DNA of 31,112 nt, taken from assembly GCA_002269645.1 (NCBI GenBank), contig NIVC01004930.1, positions 1-31,112 on the forward strand. Reading direction: 5' to 3'. Below the pieces are notes generated by a model. The model saw only the letters and a program-made list of their open reading frames with translations. It had not been told where the DNA came from and made no database searches. The stretch comes from Macrostomum lignano. Its lineage: Eukaryota. Positions 31,023 to 31,112 of this stretch are shown here, one piece after another (position 1 is the stretch's first letter; every line of letters starts with the position of its first letter). Made by a program: the position numbers and the translations under genes.

Positions 31023-31112
31023 ATAAATAGCCCCAAGTACAGCATTTATAAACCAGCCAATATAATTCGGTTGGGTGTAAATCGCTGAAAGAGCCGTCGA
31101 GCATTGATCATG

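Overview
Eukaryotic (animal) genomic DNA: short GC-rich exons with GT-AG introns, with introns and intergenic gaps filled by about 20 different tandem-repeat arrays. The style suggests a Macrostomum-like flatworm, which is inference only. I reconstructed six genes by hand with phase-consistent splice sites. Plus strand: intronless KRTCAP2/KCP2 (1103-1522); 5-exon PCCB (4300-9071, 541 aa); and a 6-exon ARM-repeat/TIR/SAM-like protein (12288-16726, 585 aa). Minus strand: a probable 54-aa single-TM microprotein (29525-28646); a two-finger C2HC zinc-finger gene with a 1-nt frameshift (27704-26065); and a 260-aa protein with degenerate EF-hand-like repeats (25005-19515), which may be spliced to the zinc-finger gene. 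Mobile DNA: a tRNA-headed CORE-type SINE in PCCB intron 4, a ~540-bp foldback element, and a 236-bp solo LTR with a 5-bp TSD inside a 41-bp satellite. Best leads: (1) the ARM-TIR-SAM protein, a SARM1-like domain set in permuted order that keeps the TIR catalytic Glu; (2) Asp-to-Cys at the PCCB substrate-specificity position; (3) a ~390-nt structured-RNA island with a C-D'-C'-D box pattern and hammerhead-like half-motifs; (4) the PCCB start codon sitting in an 8-nt interruption of a minisatellite unit; (5) operon/trans-splicing-like gene layout. Most long ORFs in the supplied track are repeat artefacts. Protein identities come from recalled sequences, not database searches. Repeat boundaries are approximate.
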